DNA of 64,000 nt from Gekko japonicus (Eukaryota): contig NW_015172030.1 in the NCBI RefSeq assembly GCF_001447785.1, positions 512,856-576,855 on the forward strand, read 5' to 3'. Within the stretch, counting starts at the first letter, position 1. Each line of letters opens with the position of its first letter. Below the pieces are notes generated by a model that saw nothing but the letters and a program-made list of their open reading frames with translations, had not been told where the DNA came from and made no database searches. A program made the position numbers and the translations under genes. Below are positions 39,360 through 52,293 of the stretch, one piece after another.

Positions 39360-39510
39360 GTATGGCTTTTTTTAAAGGGGGGAGGGGGGCCCCTCCCGGT
39401 TTTCTGAGGAAACGGATTCCCTGAGGCAGTTCATTAGATTTGCTCTTCAAATGGCCAGGGCTTTGACCACAGGGACATCTAAGCCCCCCGGTTGCTTTCT
39501 TTCTCTGCAG

Positions 39511-39575
39511 GTGCTGATCCCGGTATTTGCCCTGGGCCGGGCTCAGGAGCTCTGCATCCTACTGGAGACCTTCTG
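39511..39575 (+). CDS. INTS11: INTS11 coding exon 8
   Basis: [22 protein letters not shown] (start of beta-CASP domain). Confidence 0.95.
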
Positions 39576-40606
39576 GTAAGGAGTCACCCTCCTTTGTTTT
39601 CCCTTTGATTCTGTCTTGCTCTCTCTGCCTTGGTCCTTCTACATCCCTTTGACTCTCCGTCTGTTGAAGAAGAAGAAGGTGTCTCAGAGCGCCTTACAAA
39701 CTCCTTTCACTTCCCCTCCCCACAACAGACACCCTGTGAGGTAGGAGCTGAGAGAGCTCTGGCAGAAACTGCTCGTTTTCAAGGACAGCTGTTATCAGAA
39801 CTACGGCTTGCCCAAGGTCATCCAGCAGTTGCAAGTGGAGGAGTGGGGAATCAAACCCCATTCTCCCAGATTAGAGTCCGTGCCCTTAACCACTACACCA
39901 AACTGGCTCTGTGTCTTCTGTCCTCCCACCACAGTCTTTCTCATAGTTTTTACTCTACAGTATTCTTTGCGTAGAGCAGGGGTGGCCAAACTGCGGCTCG
40001 GGAGCCACATGTGGCTCTTTCACACATATCGAGTGGCTCCCGGCAGGGCTGCTGGGGAAGAGAACCGGAGGCATGCTTTTCCTCTCTCCCTCCTTCTCTC
40101 CCATCTATTTGCTTTCTTTATTTCTCTCTCTCTTTTTCTCTTTCTCTCTTTCTTTCCACCTCTTTTCATTCTTTCTTTCCACCTCCCTCTCTTTTTCTCT
40201 CTCTCTCTCAGGTAAATAAGTATCATTGGACAAATAAATACCATTATCAATATCTGTTTTTACCCCTTTTGTTTTTATTTTTGGCGGTCTCCTTTAATGT
40301 TAATAAAAAGCAGATGTGCATATTTTTAAAATAAAAACATGTGTGTCATATTTGTCCATGTCTTCCAGCTCTCAAACATCTGACATTTATGTCCATGTCT
40401 TCCGGCTCTCAAACATCTGACATTTATTCTGTGTGGTTCTTACGTTAAGCGAGTTTGGCCACCCCTGGTGTAGAAGGTTGATTCCTTTGAAATGTGGTGT
40501 TGGAGGAGAGTTTTACAGATACTGTGGGCCACCAAAAAGACAAAACCGTGGTTCCTAGATCAAATCAAGCCTGTATTCTCCCTAGAAGTGAAGTGACAAA
40601 ACTGAG

Positions 40607-41354
40607 TGTGACGTCCTCCTTATTAGGGAGGACTAGTTTCACTTTAAAAGTTCACTTTATTTTTCTTTACTGGGTAGATTCTGCTGCCACCAGGAAATTT
40701 TAAGGATTTCCAAACCTTTATGCTTTTACTTTGGCTCTTACTAGTTTGGTAGACCGAGTTTAAGGCTTACGAGGAACTATGTGGTCCTGAGAAGTATTTT
40801 ATTCAGAGCTGGTATAAACTTAAATAAAAGAGGATTTATTGAAATAAATACTAAATAAGAGGGTGAGACAATGTAACTAGTAATGTGTAAATGATGTACA
40901 ATTTCTTTGGTATCACACTCAATCTTTTCCCTCACTGACAGGGATCTTTTCATGTAACTTTGTAACACTTGTTTATCTCAATGCCATATATGTTCACTGT
41001 TTCTCTCCAGTCTGTTATGACACTCAGACTTTCCTTTAACTTTACTTCACTTAAACTTTACTTTACTTTTCTTATACATTCAGCTTTCTCACTGAACAAC
41101 CGCAGCTGTCCACTTCTAACTGCTTCAACACAGAACTAACTGTCTAACTGAACATCAACTGTCAACATCTAACTGAAACTCCTGACTGACTCACATACTC
41201 ATCCATCCAGATTCACTTCCAAAACCCCTCCCCCTCTCTGTCAACCACCAATCATACCACACTTGCCTCTCTCAACCACTCTAGTCTATCTGCCACAGCC
41301 ATGCAACCAAACTTTTAAAGAGACACACACATACAAAAACAAGGAATCATTACA
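40607..41354. mobile_element. Solo LTR inserted into an RTE/BovB fragment
   Basis: TG...CA ends; 5-bp TSD ctgag; BovB-like sequence resumes on both sides (~40480-40606, 41355-41605). Confidence 0.7.
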
Positions 41355-42007
41355 CTGAGGCTCTTGAACTTTGGTCCCATTGTGAGACGCAAGAGTCACG
41401 GGAAAAGACAATCATGCTCAGAAAAGTGGGAGGGGAAGAGGAAGTTGAAAGGAGAGAGGGGAAGGCCCAACGTGAGATGGATTGACTCGATAAAGGAAGT
41501 CACAGCTCTCAGTTTGCAAGACCTGAGCAAGGCAGGATAGGACATTTTGGAGGACATTAATTCATTGGGTTGCCATAAGTCGGGAGGGACTTGACGGCAC
41601 CCACACATTCTTTGTGTTTGTCTGACAGTTCGGTGGGGCTCAATGCTCCTTCTAAGCTGTCCCCTGAGCAAAAATTCTGCTTTGTGAGCTACTGGCATTA
41701 AAGTTGTGAGCGAGCGATTTGGCTCCTGCATAAATTATTTTGCTCTGGAGCCATCTTTCCTGAGCTAAGGCAAAAATGTGTGAGCCGGAGTCTAAAAAAC
41801 TGTGAGCTAGCTCACACTATCTCAGCTTAGAGGGAATGCTGGTGGGAAGGCAGATGACGCTCCAAAGGTGGTTGTTCAGGTTCTCCTGGATGTGAGAAGA
41901 ACCATCCTAGTCTCTTTTCTCATCCTGGGGTTCCCTCCGCCTGCCTCTCCTAGATCGTGCCGGAACCGCTATGACTCCATCCGCTCTCCCCTTCTTTCCC
42001 TCCAAAG

Positions 42008-42197
42008 GGAACGCATGAACTTGAAAGCGCCCATCTACTTCTCGACAGGATTGACCGAGAAGGCCAATCACTACTACAAGCTCTTCATCACGTGGACCAA
42101 CCAGAAGATCCGGAAGACCTTCGTCCAGAGGAACATGTTCGAGTTCAAACACATCAAGGCCTTCGACCGAACCTTTGCCGACAACCCAGGCCCTATG
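42008..42197 (+). CDS. INTS11: INTS11 coding exon 9
   Basis: [26 protein letters not shown]...DNPGPM. Confidence 0.95.
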
Positions 42198-42369
42198 GTG
42201 CGTACAGTTGGGGGCGGCGAGCGGTTGCTAAAACCATGATGTGTTCGTGTGGTCAGGGATTTCTCTTTGGGCAGTTTTGGAATACAAAGCCCATCGCTTT
42301 ACCCATACTTAATTTTTTTTATTTTTTGCTTTTAAATGTTTCCCCCCGTATGTGTGGCATGTGAGAGTA

Positions 42370-42582
42370 TGTGTGCAGCTGGAAGTCATGGCGACCTCTG
42401 GTGACTGACCCCTACTGAGGGTGTGGAGGCTATTCAGAGAGGTGGCTGAATAAAGCCTGCCCCCGCCTCTCAGCCTCTGGTATTCCAAGGAGGTCTCCCA
42501 TCCAAGGACTTGTCAGAGTCGGCTGTGCCGAGCTTCCGAGATCTGACGAGATCGGGCTTGCCTGGCCTATCCAGGCCAGGGT
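42370..42582 (-). mobile_element. 5S rRNA-derived SINE (also ~31770-31940, 43645-43845, 45680-45852, and 46250-47155 split by the hAT element)
   Basis: Minus strand reads gcccgatctcgtcagatctcggaagct...ttggatgggagacc, matching the 5S internal promoter region, followed by a non-5S tail. Confidence 0.7.
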
Positions 42583-42779
42583 TGTTTTAACTACTTTATT
42601 GGAAACCACTTGGGAACAGCAGGAGGAGAAAAGCAAACAGCGGGTCAACATTTTTTTTCTTCTTAACACACCTTTCTTCTTCTACGTATGCGTAACGTGC
42701 ACCACATTCTTGAACTTGGATGATTTTTGTAAAAAGGCATTGTTTTTCCAAAAGCCACATTTGAGTATTATTAGGGATT

Positions 42780-43510
42780 ATTGAGTATTATTGGGGATTA
42801 TTAAGAAGGGAATAGAAAACAAATCATCCAGTATCATAATGCCCCTGTATAATTCGATGGTAGGTACAGTTCTGGTCACCACACCTCAAAAAGGATATTA
42901 TAGCATTGGAAAAATGCAGAAAAGGGCAACTAGAATGATAAAAGGGTTGGAACACTTTCCCTATGAAGAAAGGTTAAAGCGCTTGGGGCTCTTCAGCTTG
43001 GAGAAACGACGGCTGAGGGGTGACATGATCGAGGTTTGTAAGATTATGCATGGGATAGAGCAGTTCGAGAAAGAAGGACTTTTCTCCCTTTCTCACAATA
43101 CAAGACCCCGTGGGCACTCCATGAAATTGCTGAGCGGTCGGGTGAGAACAGATAAAAGGAAATACTTCTTCACCTAAAGAGTGATTAACACATGGAATTC
43201 ACTGCCACAGGAGGTGGTGGCGGCTACAAGCCTGGACGGCTTCAAGAGGGAATTGGATAAACATATGGAGCAGAGGTCCATCAGTGGCTACTAGCCACAA
43301 GGTATAGATAGGAACTCTCAGTCTGGGGCAGGGGATGCTCTGCATTCTTGGTGCTTGGGGGGGGGGGGCAACAGTGGGAGAGGGCTTCTAGTGTCCTGGC
43401 CCCACTGCTGGACCTCCTGATGGCCGCTGGTATTTTTGGCCACTGTGTGACAGAGTGTTGGACTGGATGGGCCATTGGCCTGATCCAACATTGGCCTCTC
43501 TTATGTTCTT
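42780..43510 (+). mobile_element. CR1 LINE 3' fragment (also ~33220-33660, 34016-34380, 34810-35150, 53500-54130, 54930-55290, 60020-60340)
   Basis: [27 protein letters not shown]1 ORF2 C-terminus. Confidence 0.85.
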
Positions 43511-44337
43511 ACGAGTATGAAAAGCGTTCATGTCAGATACATGTCTGTTAAGCTTCTCTTTTAACCCACGAGGGGTTAGTTAGGAATTTGCTTTCTTTTT
43601 TTATTTTTCGGTATTTTGTGTGCACGTGTGTGCTTGCTCGCCTGGCAGTCGTGGTGATTCCTGGTGACCCCTAGTGGGGTTTGCACGTTTTCCAGAGAGG
43701 TGGCTCGATAGCCTGCCTCTGCGTCCCGGCCCTGGTATTCCTTGGAGGTCTCCCTTCCAATGACTTGCCAGGGTCTGCCCTGGCCCTGCTTAACTCCCGA
43801 GGTCTGGTGAGATCGGGCTTCCCCGGGCTATGCAGGTCAGGGCAGAATCTGCTTTATTTTGAAAAAGAAAACGGAGGCTCTTGGAAACCAGCTGCATTAA
43901 TATTATTATCAGGGGTCATTTCGTAGAAAAAGGGGTGCAGGAGCTCATTAACATAACTTATTCACATAACTTATTTGCATATGCCACTCCCCCTGACATC
44001 ACCGGAAGTGTGTCAGAAGGCAACACCCACCGCTCAGGCTCCACTGGACTGTTTTGGATTGCAAGCTATTGGGGGGGGGGGGACAGCGAACAGATCTGTC
44101 CTCGCAGAGGAGGGAGAGCTTGTGCCTGAATAAAACTTGGTCTTAAAGGGGCCACTGTGCAACTTACCTGGCTGCTTCTTGCTCTGACTGAGGGCTGCTG
44201 GGAGCAGGGGGCGGGGCTTGTTGCATGTGCCCGCCCCCTGGGCTCTTTACTGCCGGAGCTCCGCTCCTGTGCGCTCCTGCAGGAAATGACCCCTGATTAT
44301 TATTATTATTACTACTCGTTTTGGTGTGTTGTTCTAG

Positions 44338-44421
44338 GTAGTGTTTGCCACCCCGGGAATGCTTCATGCCGGACAATCCCTACAGATCTTCAAGAAATGG
44401 GCCGGCAACGAGAAGAACATG
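44338..44421 (+). CDS. INTS11: INTS11 coding exon 10
   Basis: [28 protein letters not shown]. Confidence 0.95.
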
Positions 44422-44548
44422 GTACGAAAGCCTCCCGAGGCTTGTAAAAAATTGTTGTTTTGTTTGAAGAGCGGCACCGTGATCGTCTGTTTCTTTCGGT
44501 GACGAGTCCAGACGGCCAGCCGCTTCCTTCTGGGTTCTCTTTCCCCAG

Positions 44549-44638
44549 GTGATCATGCCGGGCTACTGCGTGCAGGGGACCGTGGGCCACAAAATTCTGG
44601 GCGGGCAACGGAAGCTGGAAATGGAGGGGAGGCAGATT
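44549..44638 (+). CDS. INTS11: INTS11 coding exon 11
   Basis: [30 protein letters not shown]. Confidence 0.95.
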
Positions 44639-44961
44639 GTGAGTATCCTTTCAAAAAGGGAATCCCTTTATCTGTTGTCCTAGTTATGAATGGCCGCTAA
44701 AGAAAAAAGGCCTGATCAGGTATACTGTGGAGGAAAAAGACTAAAAACATACAGAACAATAGAGTTGGAAGATAGTTTCAGGTGGGTAACTGTGTTGGGT
44801 CTGGCATAGAAGAACAAGGTTCAGGTCCAGTAGCACCTCAGAGACCAACACGATTTTGTGGGGTATTCCGTGCGCCTCACTGTTTAGTCATGCCGGCCAC
44901 ATGACCACAGAAATGTCTTCGGACAGCACTGGCTCTTCGGCTTTGAAACAGAGATGAACAC

Positions 44962-45490
44962 TACATAGATGGCACTGGACTCCAGACAGGCTACAAAAAT
45001 GTTAAACAAATATTTCGGGCAATTGCTGGAGATGTAACCACAATATTGGGACGTACTTCCACATTTGGTGGAAATGCGAAAGAGTACAAAGTTTTTGGAA
45101 AATGACTAAACACCTGATAAAAGAGATTACAGATATAGACTTAACATTTATTCCTGAAATTTTCCTGTTAAATATAACACCCGATGGTTTAAAATTTAAT
45201 GCAAAATGTATTATTGTTTACCTAATTACAATGGCTAGGATAGCTGTCGCAAAGAATTGGACATCAGATAATCTGCCGAGCCGTGATGTATTACTTAGCA
45301 ATTTTTATGAAGTAATAGAAATGGATAAATTAAATATGTTTCTAGCGGGAAAAACAAGTGAGCAATTTAAGCAGAAATGGCAAAAAGCCATTAATTGGTA
45401 TGAAATCAACTTCTGAGGCCAACCCCCCCAATTGTATGTAATGGAAATTTTGGACAAAACTTGAAAATAAAATACTTAAAAAAAAGAAAA
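44962..45490 (+). mobile_element. 5'-truncated L1-clade LINE inserted into a Sauria SINE
   Basis: CWRC..GTYFHIWWKC zinc knuckle and ARIAVAKNW ORF2 C-terminus; A-rich tail; 17-bp TSD gaaacagagatgaacac. Confidence 0.85.
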
Positions 45491-46300
45491 GAAACAGAGA
45501 TGAACACCGCAACCCTAGAGTCGGATTCGACTGGCTTTCGAGAAAGAGAACCTTTACCTTTACTTTAATTAATTAATTATTGTATAGTAGTGTGTGTAGT
45601 ATAGCCAGGAGATCCAAACATTGTCCGGCAGCCAAAAGTTCTAGCTCTTTTAGCGTTGTGTACCACTAGGTGGCGAGCGAGACTTGTTTTTGAGGCAAGA
45701 GACGTTTCAGCGGTGGTTTGCCATTGCCTCACTCTGCATCGTAGCCCTGGTATTCCTTGGAAGGTCATCCCTCCAAATACTAGCCAGGACCAACCCTGCT
45801 TTGCTTCCGAGATCTGACGAGATCCGGCTAGCTTGGGCCATCCAAGTTAGGGATTTTTTTTGGGGGGGGGGGGGTCTGAGCTTTCAATAGTCCTGCTCTC
45901 CAGCCCCGTTCTGACTCGCTACCCATGAAGGGGGAAGAATTTTTTTCTGACCCACTGGAAATATTTATTTATACCCAGCGTTCCAGACCCCCCTCCTTCC
46001 TGGATCTTGAGGCGTCAGGTGGGTCTCCCATCCAGGGACCAAGGAGACTTGGACCTGCTTAGCTTTTAGCTAGGTGGACCGGGTTGGCCTGTCACCTGAC
46101 CACAAGGTGCATATCACCATTCCGGGGGGGGGGGGAGAAACCCCATGTAGCTTTCCTAGTTTTGGGCCCTCAATTTGTCGTCTGGCTCCATCTTTGCTGG
46201 GAAGGAATGGGAAGGGGCAGGCAAAAGAAGCCTGGCAAAAGATCCAACCAGCCCTGACCTGGATGGATCAGGCTAGGCCAATCTCGTCCAAGCTTGGAAG

Positions 46301-47047
46301 TAGGGATGAGCATTCGGTTCATCCGAACCGAATGCATCCCCGAAAATGGCCCATTCGGACCCCTTTCGGGCTGCTGCAGGCCAATTCAGATTCTCTGATC
46401 TGAATCGGCTTGCCGCTGAATCGGCAATTCGGCCCCATTATATCCTATGGGCCATTGAAGTCAATGGCGAAAACATAGGGTATATTCTGGGGGCTGGAGG
46501 GGAGGGGGTTTGAGGGAGAGGCTCCAAACTCGCAGGGTAGCTGCTGGAGCCTCTCCCCAAGATACCAACCAAGTTTGAAGAACATTAGATCAGGGGGTCC
46601 AATTCTACGGGCCTCCAAACAGTTTGCCCCTATCCTATGTGTTCTGCCTGATCCCCCCCCTTTTTTCCCACCATAGAGAACAATGGAGGGGATAGGGGCA
46701 ACCTGTTTGGGGGCCCGTAGAATTGGACCCCCTGGCCCAATGTTCTTCAAACTTGGTTGGTGTCTTGGGGAGAGGCTCCAGCAGCTACCCTGCGAGGTTG
46801 GAGCCTCTCCCTCAAACCCCCTCCCCTCCAGCCCCCAGAATATACCCTATGTTTTCGCCATTGACTTCAATGGCCCATAGGATATAATGGGGCTGAAACT
46901 GACATTCGGCTGGCCGAAAGACTCCTGAATCTGCTTGCACTGCCAAAATTGACATGCAGGAGTCTTCATGCCTGCCAAAATTGATTCTGCCCGATTCGGC
47001 CGAATCCGAATCAGGCCGAATTTATTTATTTTTTTTGCACGCCCCTA
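46301..47047. mobile_element. hAT non-autonomous element with ~205-bp internal inverted repeat
   Basis: taggg...cccta ends; 8-bp TSD cttggaag; arms ~46432-46636 and ~46689-46891. Confidence 0.8.
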
Positions 47048-47295
47048 CTTGGAAGCTCAGCAGGGTTGGCCGTGGTTGGGACTTGGGTGGGAGACGACCA
47101 AGGAAGACCAAGGCTGTGATGCAGAGGCAAGCAAATGGCAAACCACCATTGCCCTAAGTCACTGGTGACGTGACAGCCCTTTGCGCGCCCAGATATCCAA
47201 TCACATGCTGCAGAGACGGCCCGGCTGTGTGGAGTGTGGCCTGACGTGAGATGCTGGCGCTCTGTCTGTCTGTCTGTCTGTCTTGTGCCTTCCAG

Positions 47296-47458
47296 ATAGA
47301 AGTGAAGATGCAGGTGGAGTACATGTCCTTCAGTGCCCACGCGGACGCCAAGGGCATCATGCAGCTCATCCGCCAGGCCGAGCCGCGCAACGTCCTCCTA
47401 GTCCACGGCGAGGCGAAGAAGATGGAGTTCCTGAAGCAGAAGATCGAGCAGGAGTTCC
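47296..47458 (+). CDS. INTS11: INTS11 coding exon 12
   Basis: [20 protein letters not shown]...[22 protein letters not shown]. Confidence 0.95.
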
Positions 47459-48369
47459 GTACGTCCATGGTGCAATGCCTGTTGGCCGCAACAGCACAGG
47501 AGGGCTTTTCATTGGTGGATTCCTCCAACAACCCCCCCCCCAGCGAGACATCTTCCTGTTTCGCTGAACTGCTCTCTCGAGTTACCTGTTGAGGATTAGC
47601 TCTCTTCCTGTCATGTAGCCAGTTCACCTGGGCAACTAATCCGCCACATTCCATACCATCCTCGGTGGCAGCTAAATTTTCAGTGGGGATCATGTTTCTG
47701 ATTAAGTGAAGGCCGAAAGACCAGTGACAGCGGAATTGCCCGTCAGCTGAGGCTGTGGGCAAAGGCCTCTTTCTATCTCCTTCCCGTCATGGGCTCAGGC
47801 ATTGGAAGGAGCAGCTGACCAGAGCCTCTAGTGCGGCTCACACCAGAGGGATGAAAGAGGCCTTTGGTGGGATGAAGGAGGCCTTTGCCTATTGGAGAAA
47901 GTGGCCGAGGTGTCGAATGGGAGGGACCCTTGTGAACGGTGGCCAGAACAGAAGTCCTCGGGGGCCAAACTGAGCCCATGAGGTTTGTGCAGTCCTCCAG
48001 AAGGCGAAGGCAGTGCCGAGTCTGCATCCGTTATCTTCCCTGTCCTTTTTCCAAGGTGCTCGGTGTCCTCCGTTCTCCCCTCCCTTCATTTAATCCTCAC
48101 CACAACCCTGTGAAGTAGGTTAGGCAGGGAGACTGGCCCAAAGTCTCCCAGTGAGCTTTGTGGCTGAGGGAGATTGTGAACGGGGGGGGGTTTCTCCCAG
48201 ATCCTGGTCTGACCCTCCAGTCACACAGAAGTAATCTCGACGACCATATTGTCCCAATCTTTTTGGGAAATGGCATTGCGGGTCAAACGTACTTTCTGAT
48301 GGCAAAGACTCACCCCTCCCTCCCTCCCAGTCCCCGTCGCTCACGCCACGCATTTTCGTTCACCCGCAG

Positions 48370-48477
48370 GTGTCAACTGCCACATGCCCGCCAACGGAGA
48401 GACGGTGACCGTTTTCACGAGCCCCAACATCCCCGTGGATGTCTCCCTTGCACTGTTGAAGCGGGAACGTGCTCTCG
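48370..48477 (+). CDS. INTS11: INTS11 coding exon 13
   Basis: [35 protein letters not shown]. Confidence 0.92.
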
Positions 48478-49262
48478 GTGAGATGTCAGACGGCCAGCGG
48501 GGGCTCGCTGTTTGGAAGCCACGTGGCTAAATGGGGCGGCTGTTCTCTGGGGCTCTCGCAGCACGTTTGCATGGCTGTCCGGTATTGGCTCTAAACGGAC
48601 TGTAATGGCTGTGATCCAAGGAACCCTGGGAAATGTAGTTTCAGAGGGCGGCCATGTCGGTCTGCAGCAGAAGAGCTAGATTTGAGTCCATTGGTCGACG
48701 AGAAAGATAAATTTCAGAGGAAGAGTCCAGTGGCACCTTGAAGACTAGCAGACTTTGTGCCAGGGTAGGAGCTTTCGTGAGTCACTGCTCACTTTAGATA
48801 TCTGAAGAAGTGAGTAGTGACCCATAAAATCCTGCCACGTATTTTGTTAGTCTTTAAGGTGCTACTGGACCCTTGCTCTTTTCTATTGCAGGGTTATGAA
48901 CTTTCGAGAGAGACCTTATCTGACAAAAGGGAGCTTTGACTCTCGAGAAAGCGCATGCCTCCAAAGTCTTATTGGTCTCTAAAATGTCGCTGGTCTCAAA
49001 TCTAGCTGGGAAACTTAGTTCTAGTTTAACCGGGAGAGAATCACGTCTGAATTCTTCCTACCCTGTGCTTGAGCGCCACTGGCGAGGCCTCAGGAGGAGG
49101 GGGTCTCTTGATTGGCAGTTGTGCTTCCCATCTTGTGGTGGGGTGCTGTGGGGTACCGGTCCGGGACGAGCTATTGAGCGGGCGGGGCCCGCGAGCAAGG
49201 GAGGGCGCCAGCCCGGGGGGGGGGCCTGCCTGACTGTCGTCCTTTTTCTCCTTTGCCTCCAG

Positions 49263-49324
49263 GTCCCTTGCCGGATTCTAAGAAGCCCAGGCTTATGCAT
49301 GGCACCCTGATCATCAAGGACAAC
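49263..49324 (+). CDS. INTS11: INTS11 coding exon 14
   Basis: PLPDSKKPRLMHGTLIIKDN; AAC|GTAAG donor. Confidence 0.92.
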
Positions 49325-49621
49325 GTAAGCAAAAGGAGAGGGCGGGGGCAGAATTGTGAGTTCCGTGTGAACGCTTGAGCCCGCGCTAACAGGCTTTCCT
49401 CGGGCATGGGTTCGGACAACCGGTTCTGGCCCATTAGGAAGTCTCCAATGGAGCAGGTTTGTTCCCAGGGCCAGACCTGCCTCCTCTTTTTCCCCTCCCT
49501 CCCACCCTGTGTGGAAAGTGCCGTGAAGCTGCAGCTCCAAGGAAATGTCAGGTTTCCAAGGCAAGAGACATTGGTCCTTTCCGCACTAGAACTTAAATCC
49601 TGGTGCAACCCTGTCCCTGAA

Positions 49622-52293
49622 TTTACATTCTACACTACACGCAAGTTCACCCCTGTAATTACCTCGGGGTATTTTTACATTCTACACTACACGCGAGTTC
49701 ACCCCGGTAATTACCTCAGGGTATTTTTACATTCTACACTACACGCGAGTTCACCCCGGTAATTACCTCGGGGTATTTTTACATTCTACACTACACGCGA
49801 GTTCACCCCGGTAATTACCTCGGGGTATTTTTACATTCTACACTACACGCGAGTTCACCCCGGTAATTACCTCGGGGTATTTTTACATTCTACACTACAC
49901 GCGAGTTCACCCCGGTAATTACCTCGGGGTATTTTTACATTCTACACTACACGCGAGTTCACCCCGGTAATTACCTCGGGGTATTTTTACATTCTACACT
50001 ACACGCGAGTTCACCCCGGTAATTACCTCGGGGTATTTTTACATTCTACACTACACGCGAGTTCACCCCGGTAATTACCTCGGGGTATTTTTACATTCTA
50101 CACTACACGCGAGTTCACCCCGGTAATTACCTCGGGGTATTTTTACATTCTACACTACACGCGAGTTCACCCCGGTAATTACCTCGGGGTATTTTTACAT
50201 TCTACACTACACGCGAGTTCACCCCGGTAATTACCTCGGGGTATTTTTACATTCTACACTACACGCGAGTTCACCCCGGTAATTACCTCGGGGTATTTTT
50301 ACATTCTACACTACACGCGAGTTCACCCCGGTAATTACCTCGGGGTATTTTTACATTCTACACTACACGCGAGTTCACCCCGGTAATTACCTCGGGGTAT
50401 TTTTACATTCTACACTACACGCGAGTTCACCCCGGTAATTACCTCGGGGTATTTTTACATTCTACACTACACGCGAGTTCACCCCGGTAATTACCTCGGG
50501 GTATTTTTACATTCTACACTACACGCGAGTTCACCCCGGTAATTACCTCGGGGTATTTTTACATTCTACACTACACGCGAGTTCACCCCGGTAATTACCT
50601 CGGGGTATTTTTACATTCTACACTACACGCGAGTTCACCCCGGTAATTACCTCGGGGTATTTTTACATTCTACACTACACGCGAGTTCACCCCGGTAATT
50701 ACCTCGGGGTATTTTTACATTCTACACTACACGCGAGTTCACCCCGGTAATTACCTCGGGGTATTTTTACATTCTACACTACACGCGAGTTCACCCCGGT
50801 AATTACCTCGGGGTATTTTTACATTCTACACTACACGCGAGTTCACCCCGGTAATTACCTCGGGGTATTTTTACATTCTACACTACACGCGAGTTCACCC
50901 CGGTAATTACCTCGGGGTATTTTTACATTCTACACTACACGCGAGTTCACCCCGGTAATTACCTCGGGGTATTTTTACATTCTACACTACACGCGAGTTC
51001 ACCCCGGTAATTACCTCGGGGTATTTTTACATTCTACACTACACGCGAGTTCACCCCGGTAATTACCTCGGGGTATTTTTACATTCTACACTACACGCGA
51101 GTTCACCCCGGTAATTACCTCGGGGTATTTTTACATTCTACACTACACGCGAGTTCACCCCGGTAATTACCTCGGGGTATTTTTACATTCTACACTACAC
51201 GCGAGTTCACCCCGGTAATTACCTCGGGGTATTTTTACATTCTACACTACACGCGAGTTCACCCCGGTAATTACCTCGGGGTATTTTTACATTCTACACT
51301 ACACGCGAGTTCACCCCGGTAATTACCTCGGGGTATTTTTACATTCTACACTACACGCGAGTTCACCCCGGTAATTACCTCGGGGTATTTTTACATTCTA
51401 CACTACACGCGAGTTCACCCCGGTAATTACCTCGGGGTATTTTTACATTCTACACTACACGCGAGTTCACCCCGGTAATTACCTCGGGGTATTTTTACAT
51501 TCTACACTACACGCGAGTTCACCCCGGTAATTACCTCGGGGTATTTTTACATTCTACACTACACGCGAGTTCACCCCGGTAATTACCTCGGGGTATTTTT
51601 ACATTCTACACTACACGCGAGTTCACCCCGGTAATTACCTCGGGGTATTTTTACATTCTACACTACACGCGAGTTCACCCCGGTAATTACCTCGGGGTAT
51701 TTTTACATTCTACACTACACGCGAGTTCACCCCGGTAATTACCTCGGGGTATTTTTACATTCTACACTACACGCGAGTTCACCCCGGTAATTACCTCGGG
51801 GTATTTTTACATTCTACACTACACGCGAGTTCACCCCGGTAATTACCTCGGGGTATTTTTACATTCTACACTACACGCGAGTTCACCCCGGTAATTACCT
51901 CGGGGTATTTTTACATTCTACACTACACGCGAGTTCACCCCGGTAATTACCTCGGGGTATTTTTACATTCTACACTACACGCGAGTTCACCCCGGTAATT
52001 ACCTCGGGGTATTTTTACATTCTACACTACACGCGAGTTCACCCCGGTAATTACCTCGGGGTATTTTTACATTCTACACTACACGCGAGTTCACCCCGGT
52101 AATTACCTCGGGGTATTTTTACATTCTACACTACACGCGAGTTCACCCCGGTAATTACCTCGGGGTATTTTTACATTCTACACTACACGCGAGTTCACCC
52201 CGGTAATTACCTCGGGGTATTTTTACATTCTACACTACACGCGAGTTCACCCCGGTAATTACCTCGGGGTATTTTTACATTCTACACTACACG
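49622..52293. repeat. Tandem array, 52-bp unit x ~51 copies, near-perfect
   Basis: Unit acattctacactacacgcgagttcaccccggtaattacctcggggtattttt; period 52 from 49625 to 52277. Confidence 0.98.

Noticed and set aside
42480-42570. Functional 5S rRNA gene
   Set aside because: Partial and diverged, fused to a retroposon tail and dispersed in multiple copies, so it is a SINE.
49622-52293. CRISPR-like array with palindromic repeats
   Set aside because: Units are contiguous with no unique spacers, there are no cas genes, and the context is a vertebrate intron.
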